DNA of 64,000 bases from Bradyrhizobiaceae bacterium. Its GTDB lineage: Bacteria > Pseudomonadota > Alphaproteobacteria > Rhizobiales > Aestuariivirgaceae. Positions 59,207 to 64,000 of this stretch are shown one piece after another. The notes under the pieces were generated by a model. It ran no database searches. It was not told where the DNA came from and saw nothing but the letters and a program-made list of their open reading frames with translations. Numbering within the stretch: position 1 is the stretch's first letter; every line of letters begins with the position of its first letter. Location of the stretch: positions 1,131-65,130 of the forward strand of contig CANHIU010000003.1 of the NCBI GenBank assembly GCA_947461195.1. Reading direction: 5' to 3'. The position numbers and the translations under genes are program-made.

Positions 59207-60076
59207 TTGAATACGACAGTGCGAACCCATTACGACGTTCTCGGGGTTGCCGCCGATACGCCGGACGTTGTCATCAAGGCAGCTTTCCGGGCATTGGCCA
59301 AGGAATGCCATCCGGACCGTGCGAATGCGGAAACTGGCGATACCGAGAAGTTCATCGAGATACAGACTGCTTACTCCGTCCTTTCGAAACCTCAGTCCAG
59401 GGACGAGTATGACGCAGAACTGCGGGACCAATCCCTTGTTCATGATGCCCCGTTTGCTGCCGCAACGGGCGTTTCGGGGGTGCAATCCCCTTTTCCCTGG
59501 GCCTCCGCACAACAAAGAACGGCGGATATTGAGCGGATCTGTGCGCGGCTTGGTCTTTATTCGGAAGCGCTGTCCCAGTCTTTTCACGAAGCATATCTCC
59601 GCGGGGAATGCGGAAATGAACCCTGGGGTTTCGCCGAAGAAATGGAGAAGAATTTCTTCCGGGAATACTTCGGCGAGGATCCGGACGTGCAGTCGCTCGC
59701 GAGGCTGCTGCTACTTGGATCCCGCGCCGGTGCGGCATTGACCCTGAACGAGCTAGTCGCCGCTGGCTTTTCTTCTCCGGACAAGGATATGCGCGCGGTC
59801 GTCACCTCCGTCCTTGATCAGCATTTTCCCGGCGAAGAGCTTTTCGCCGAATGGCTCAAGGTGAAGTTTGGTCCGCTTCCGGCAGGCCCGCCGCCCCAGA
59901 GCGACGCAGCCGCACCGGTAACTGTGGACACCAGTGCAGCAGCACCCACTCATGCCGTTCAAGAACCCGGCAAGAAGGGCTTTCGATCAAGTCTGGTTCG
60001 CCCCCTGACCTTGGTTGTCGTCTGGGCGGTTACCCTGTATTTCGTGCTGTTTGCCGCGCTGCCTCTGATGCGGTGA
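59207..60076 (+). CDS. J-domain (DnaJ class C) protein with C-terminal TM anchor
   Basis: HYDVLGV, intact HPD, AYSVLS...RDEYD; no zinc finger; hydrophobic C-terminus; TTG start. Confidence 0.85.
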   Translation: MNTTVRTHYDVLGVAADTPDVVIKAAFRALAKECHPDRANAETGDTEKFIEIQTAYSVLSKPQSRDEYDAELRDQSLVHDAPFAAATGVSGVQSPFPWASAQQRTADIERICARLGLYSEALSQSFHEAYLRGECGNEPWGFAEEMEKNFFREYFGEDPDVQSLARLLLLGSRAGAALTLNELVAAGFSSPDKDMRAVVTSVLDQHFPGEELFAEWLKVKFGPLPAGPPPQSDAAAPVTVDTSAAAPTHAVQEPGKKGFRSSLVRPLTLVVVWAVTLYFVLFAALPLMR

Positions 60077-60085
60077 CGCCCATGT

Positions 60086-60409
60086 TCAGCGGCGCAGCAG
60101 AATCCCTACCAGCGAAGCGAGAAATCCGGACGGTTGCCGCTCATTGTACATTTGCAGATGTTCCGGCTGCCGTTCGCCACGAAGCTTCATCGTCCCGTTC
60201 TCGCCAGAATCGACATCGTCAAGCCGCTGCGCGCTGGCTTCCGATTCGAGAAAGTTGCGATGAGCAACGTATTGGCGGGCGAGTAACTCTCCGTCGATCT
60301 CCCTGAAGGACGCCGGTGCCAATGATCGCGCCGCAGACTTGGTGACGGGCACCTGAGGCCCGCGATCCGAAATCAGATCTCGCACGACGTCAAACTCTTT
60401 ACTCCGCAT
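60086..60409 (-). CDS. Hypothetical protein with amphipathic C-terminal tail
   Basis: 107 aa; ends GFLASLVGILLRR; co-oriented with neighbours. Confidence 0.5.
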   Translation of the reverse strand: MRSKEFDVVRDLISDRGPQVPVTKSAARSLAPASFREIDGELLARQYVAHRNFLESEASAQRLDDVDSGENGTMKLRGERQPEHLQMYNERQPSGFLASLVGILLRR

Positions 60410-60472
60410 CCTGATCAGCTCCGGTGATTGGTGTCAGAACGACAGTCGCGATATGGAAGAAAATCACGCAAC

Positions 60473-61003
60473 TCACGATAATGCCTCCTCCTCCTCCTCA
60501 TTGGTTAAAGTGTTCGCAGCCAGATAGCTCGAAAGCAGGATTTCATAGGCATACTCCTGCCCAAGACCCCATCTGTCGCCATCGGGTGCCGGCCGGCCAT
60601 CCTCGTACACGGCCTCGCGATACTCAGCATAGATCATGTAACGATCATCAATCTTGCCGTTGTAGAGGTCGACAACCCGCTTCAAGTCCGACAGCGCGCG
60701 GCGCCGGATCGGATGTCCCTCCGGGAGCACACGCTTCATTGCATCATGGGGCACGCCGCGGGTATCCTCGACAAGCCTGGCAAACGTCTCGCGCAGAGCG
60801 CGGAGTTTGCCTTCGTTGGCGCGCTCATCACAGAGATCCTCCACCACGACGGCCGTCCAGTAATATGAAACGGTGCAGCAGTATGGCGTCTGCCAGAGCA
60901 CGGGCAGCATGTGTTCACCGCGCGACTGCAGAAGCAGAAATGGACGCAGCGCGATGCGATGAACCTCATCGGCTTGCTTCCGGCTACGGAGCCAGTTCAA
61001 CAC
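60473..61003 (-). CDS. Hypothetical protein
   Basis: 176 aa; GTG with TGAGG SD; N-terminal MLNWLRSRK, acidic C-tail. Confidence 0.6.
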   Translation of the reverse strand: MLNWLRSRKQADEVHRIALRPFLLLQSRGEHMLPVLWQTPYCCTVSYYWTAVVVEDLCDERANEGKLRALRETFARLVEDTRGVPHDAMKRVLPEGHPIRRRALSDLKRVVDLYNGKIDDRYMIYAEYREAVYEDGRPAPDGDRWGLGQEYAYEILLSSYLAANTLTNEEEEEALS

Positions 61004-61057
61004 TGCAACTGCCTCACAATGGTTCGAGCGTCTCCCATCTCGCTCATTGGCCTCAGT

Positions 61058-63163
61058 TTAACTGGCGCTGATAGCCGGTGAGAGGGGCGTCGCTTCGGGT
61101 TTCGCAGTCAAAGCTTCTTCGTTCTGTGTAACACTGTGGCCAGCCTTGTCATCCATCAGGATCTCGGTGATGGCAGGCGTGTTGATGGCAAGTTGTTCTT
61201 TCTTCACTGGAATGATTGAGATACTCGCTTCCAGTTCTTTCCTGAAAGCAGTGTTCACCACATCCATCTCTGAGCGGAAGCGCTTCAGGGCGAGGAAGAT
61301 GAAATCGACATAGCTCTCAAGCACCGCTTCTGTTGTGTCGGTTGCCTTCTGTCTGAACATGTCGTTCAGCCTTTCGGAGCGCTTGGCCACCCCCTCGAAG
61401 GACCGATCGAGATTGGTCTCAAGAGCTTGCAACGTATCGCGGGTCATGGAGGTGAGCCGTGTCGGTATGCCATCGATGATCGAGCGCATCTGGTCAGACA
61501 GGCCGACGATCGAACCTTTGAGCGAACCATCCACCTTGGCGATCTCGCCTTCCATCCGCAGAGACAGTGCAGCCGGCAGGTCCCTGATTGCGGCAGCAAT
61601 GCGCTGCGATGTCTTTTCCGCCGCCTCGTCGATGAGGCCTTCGAACCGTGCCGCATCGGTATTCACCCGTTGCACGAGATCGCTCGAGCTTGCCGCAAGC
61701 CGGGTCTGAAGTGCGATCGTCGCCGCATCGATCTCGCGGCTTACTGCGTTGATCACCTGGGAGGCGGCAGTGTTGAGTTGCGTGACCGATACAGAGAGGT
61801 TCTTCTGGATTTTCTCATCGAGCTGGGCGACGGAGGCTGCCATGTCGGCCAGCGCCTTGTTTGCCGTTGATGATACCTGTGAAACCGGATGGTGCAGCTT
61901 GTCGACCAGCGAGTTCGCAGTTTCAGCCAGGAATCCCAACTCACGTGACATGGACGACAGACGTGTGACCTCCTCCGTGATGACGCCCGTCAGCATGTCC
62001 CGGAAGCGTTCCACATGGTTGTCGACGGCATGACGGAACAACTCGTTGTTCTCGTCGGAGAACTCCTTGAACAGGATGCGGTTGTTGTGAAGGCTGGACG
62101 TCATTTCCTTGGCGAGTTGCTCCATGACGTCGACATTGGCGGTCGAGAGCATGGCCGCATCGGAAATGGTCTCTGAAATCGGGTTCAGGCGGCTCAGCGT
62201 CGCTTCGAGCTGATCGGGCAAGCGTGAGATCGTCGCCTCGAAGCGGGCGACGCGTTTCTCGATTTCAGGCGCTATCGTGTGATTGGCGCGATTGAACTCT
62301 TCAAGGCAGACTTGGAGCTCGCGCGTGCTCTGCTGCAGTTGTCCGCCAACGGCTCCCAATATGCCGCCAGCACTCTGAGATGCTTCTTCGAGAGACGAAA
62401 CAGTGCCCTCCAGCTTGTTGATGACTGGAAGTACCTCTGCCGATATCGCGGCGCCTATGCGTTGCAGGGAGTCCTTCTGTGATTCCGTCGCATCAGCGAT
62501 GCTCCGCATCTGCGAGATGTTGAGCTCCGCTGAGGCTTCTGCTTGCTGCATGATGGCTGACATCTGCTCGGCGAGCGTGCTGGTTCTCTCATCAAGAGCC
62601 GCCATGCGGGTATCAAGGTCATTGGTCAGGCGGTCGAAGGACGCAATGAGATTGCGGCTCGCATCCTCAGCCACCGGCCCAGGGTCGTTGAGCCTCTGGG
62701 TGAGTGTTACCATGCGCCGCCACATCTCGTAATTGACGGCCTGACGGTGGGCAGACATTGCCAGCAGCCATTGGATGGCCGCAATCACCACAACCGACAG
62801 CAGGAACGGAGAGTACTGCATCGGCTTGAGGAACAGCGCGCTGAGAGCCTTGGCGCTCGTGAATCCCATGATGACAGCGAAGATGACGCAGAAGGCAACC
62901 GTGGCGACGGAGGCGGCCCAGAAATAGCGCGAACCGATGAAAGTCAGGCTGACGCGACCCTGGCCCCGTGCGCGGGAGTGGTCATCATTTGCCGGCTGCC
63001 TGCTGATGGCTTCGAGCCGGTCGACGTCGTGGCGCGCCGTCAGCGGGCGATGCGTCGCAATGCGATCCGACCAACGCTGCGACCGTGATCCGGTGATCTC
63101 GGGCGACAGCCCATCCGGGTCATGCTCTCGGGCGGATTTTCTCGCGAAGGCCGACGAATTCAT
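61058..63163 (-). CDS. Two-TM, long helical/coiled-coil protein (apolipoprotein-repeat, TipN/GPR-like)
   Basis: ATG 63163 with AGGGGA SD; two TM segments near residues 80-135; ~550 aa of amphipathic heptad-rich helices. Confidence 0.7.
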   Translation of the reverse strand: MNSSAFARKSAREHDPDGLSPEITGSRSQRWSDRIATHRPLTARHDVDRLEAISRQPANDDHSRARGQGRVSLTFIGSRYFWAASVATVAFCVIFAVIMGFTSAKALSALFLKPMQYSPFLLSVVVIAAIQWLLAMSAHRQAVNYEMWRRMVTLTQRLNDPGPVAEDASRNLIASFDRLTNDLDTRMAALDERTSTLAEQMSAIMQQAEASAELNISQMRSIADATESQKDSLQRIGAAISAEVLPVINKLEGTVSSLEEASQSAGGILGAVGGQLQQSTRELQVCLEEFNRANHTIAPEIEKRVARFEATISRLPDQLEATLSRLNPISETISDAAMLSTANVDVMEQLAKEMTSSLHNNRILFKEFSDENNELFRHAVDNHVERFRDMLTGVITEEVTRLSSMSRELGFLAETANSLVDKLHHPVSQVSSTANKALADMAASVAQLDEKIQKNLSVSVTQLNTAASQVINAVSREIDAATIALQTRLAASSSDLVQRVNTDAARFEGLIDEAAEKTSQRIAAAIRDLPAALSLRMEGEIAKVDGSLKGSIVGLSDQMRSIIDGIPTRLTSMTRDTLQALETNLDRSFEGVAKRSERLNDMFRQKATDTTEAVLESYVDFIFLALKRFRSEMDVVNTAFRKELEASISIIPVKKEQLAINTPAITEILMDDKAGHSVTQNEEALTAKPEATPLSPAISAS

Positions 63164-63442
63164 TGTACTTCCCCTGACAAACGGCACGGACGCACCTGCG
63201 AAATCGATTGTAGACGAACGCAATGAAAAGAAAACGAAATTCCATTAGACATCGTCATTCAAGATGGCCTGATGCAGATCGCGTGTCGCAAAATAGAAAA
63301 AAACACAATCAATTGGTGAGTGGTCTGGCTGTTTGAGCGCCAAAACCGCCGCCTGCCGCCCACGTTAACGCTATTCGACGGTGCTCCAAAGTGCCGTCAC
63401 GCACAACAGTACCGCTTCTGCAATCTGAGGCGGTTCTGCTCG

Positions 63443-64000
63443 TCAGGGTGTGTATCGAAGCTTGCGAACCAAGCTCTTGAGTTTCGCCGGCGCGGTCCGC
63501 GGAGAACCGATCCGATGGCCGTGCCATTCGACACTGCGGCCAGCCCAACCGGCGACGAACAGCACTGGAAGCAGAAGGTCGCGAATCAGCGAGGCTGAAA
63601 GGGAGCGCGGCCAACCCGCTGCACGGGAGAGGATCCATTCCGGCGAATACCAGAGCATCAGGAAGGCGGGAAGGAAGGCGCTGGCGTTCACTTGCAGAAG
63701 TGACAAGCCAAGGAGCAGCGCAAGAAAGGGCGGAATTGGCCCAGCCAAGCATTCGGCGGCATAGTGCAGCGGGAACGTGGACCTTCTTAGGCGCGCCCAG
63801 CGGACCTGACGCATCCAGACCTGACGTGCTGAGCGTTGGCCGATCAGTTGGGGGAACGGCCCCGCAAGGCGAACCCGGCGGCCCTTGGCATGCATCATCT
63901 TGGTTGCTGCGGCGTCTTCGGCGGGCTCTGCTGCCAGCTTCGCAAGACCGCCATGCGCCAGATCTTCGCGACGGAAGAACAATGTCTTGCCCTGGGCGAA
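63443..64000 (-). CDS. hpnI: Ceramide glucosyltransferase / hopanoid glycosyltransferase HpnI-like (5'-partial)
   Basis: FAQGKT, AED and RQVRW (QxxRW) GT2/GT21 motifs followed by TM segments; frame open to window end. Confidence 0.75.
   Translation of the reverse strand, partial: FAQGKTLFFRREDLAHGGLAKLAAEPAEDAAATKMMHAKGRRVRLAGPFPQLIGQRSARQVWMRQVRWARLRRSTFPLHYAAECLAGPIPPFLALLLGLSLLQVNASAFLPAFLMLWYSPEWILSRAAGWPRSLSASLIRDLLLPVLFVAGWAGRSVEWHGHRIGSPRTAPAKLKSLVRKLRYTP

Larger units (their letters stand above)
55330..63400. other. Accessory region, visibly AT-richer than the flanks
   Basis: AT-rich spacers (55560-55650, 58545-58700, 63225-63320), more A/T-ending codons, hypotheticals, one pseudogene; no integrase or att site seen. 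Confidence 0.5.

Noticed and set aside
60484-60499. (CCT)5 microsatellite
   Set aside because: In-frame trinucleotide run encoding a poly-Glu tail; not a phase-variation tract

Overview
High-GC alphaproteobacterial chromosomal segment. Gene style and the lnt-HTH-metK-trmB-rimP-nusA-ylxR-infB-rbfA-truB-rpsO-pnp synteny suggest Hyphomicrobiales/Rhizobiales (inference). From left to right: (1) sarcosine oxidase soxBDAG, a TakP/FcbT1-type TRAP transporter whose DctQ has an unusual N-terminal extension, an AruH-like aminotransferase and opgG/D-opgH. (2) An aas-acnX-acnX operon divergent from a fasciclin gene. (3) A ~12 kb nitrogen-catabolic cluster (18.5-30.6 kb): AruI-like ThDP decarboxylase fused to the end of a dppABCDF operon, an agmatinase/GbuA-like ureohydrolase, a DoeA/EutD-like M24 hydrolase, a DauA-like D-amino-acid dehydrogenase, an orphan DUF1989 (CgdB-like) gene and an EutA-like racemase. 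(4) The conserved housekeeping block (30.7-44.5 kb), with a CIR/RIME-like palindromic element inside it. (5) Cytochromes c, a second fasciclin gene, a PfkB kinase with an uncharacterised class-I-aldolase-like protein, a REC/pseudo-Hpt regulator, upp, wrbA and others. (6) A visibly AT-richer accessory stretch (55.4-63.4 kb): beta-barrel plus patatin lipoprotein, an amber-interrupted small ORF, a membrane-anchored J-domain protein, hypotheticals and a TipN/GPR-like coiled-coil protein, followed by partial hpnI. No rRNA, tRNA, CRISPR array, transposase or integrase was seen. The best leads are the assembled arginine/guanidino-compound pathway with ectoine-type and guanidine-type orphan enzymes, the J-domain/polar-scaffold island, the PfkB+aldolase pair, and several unannotated regulatory structures. 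All family assignments come from motif recognition by eye; no database searches were run.
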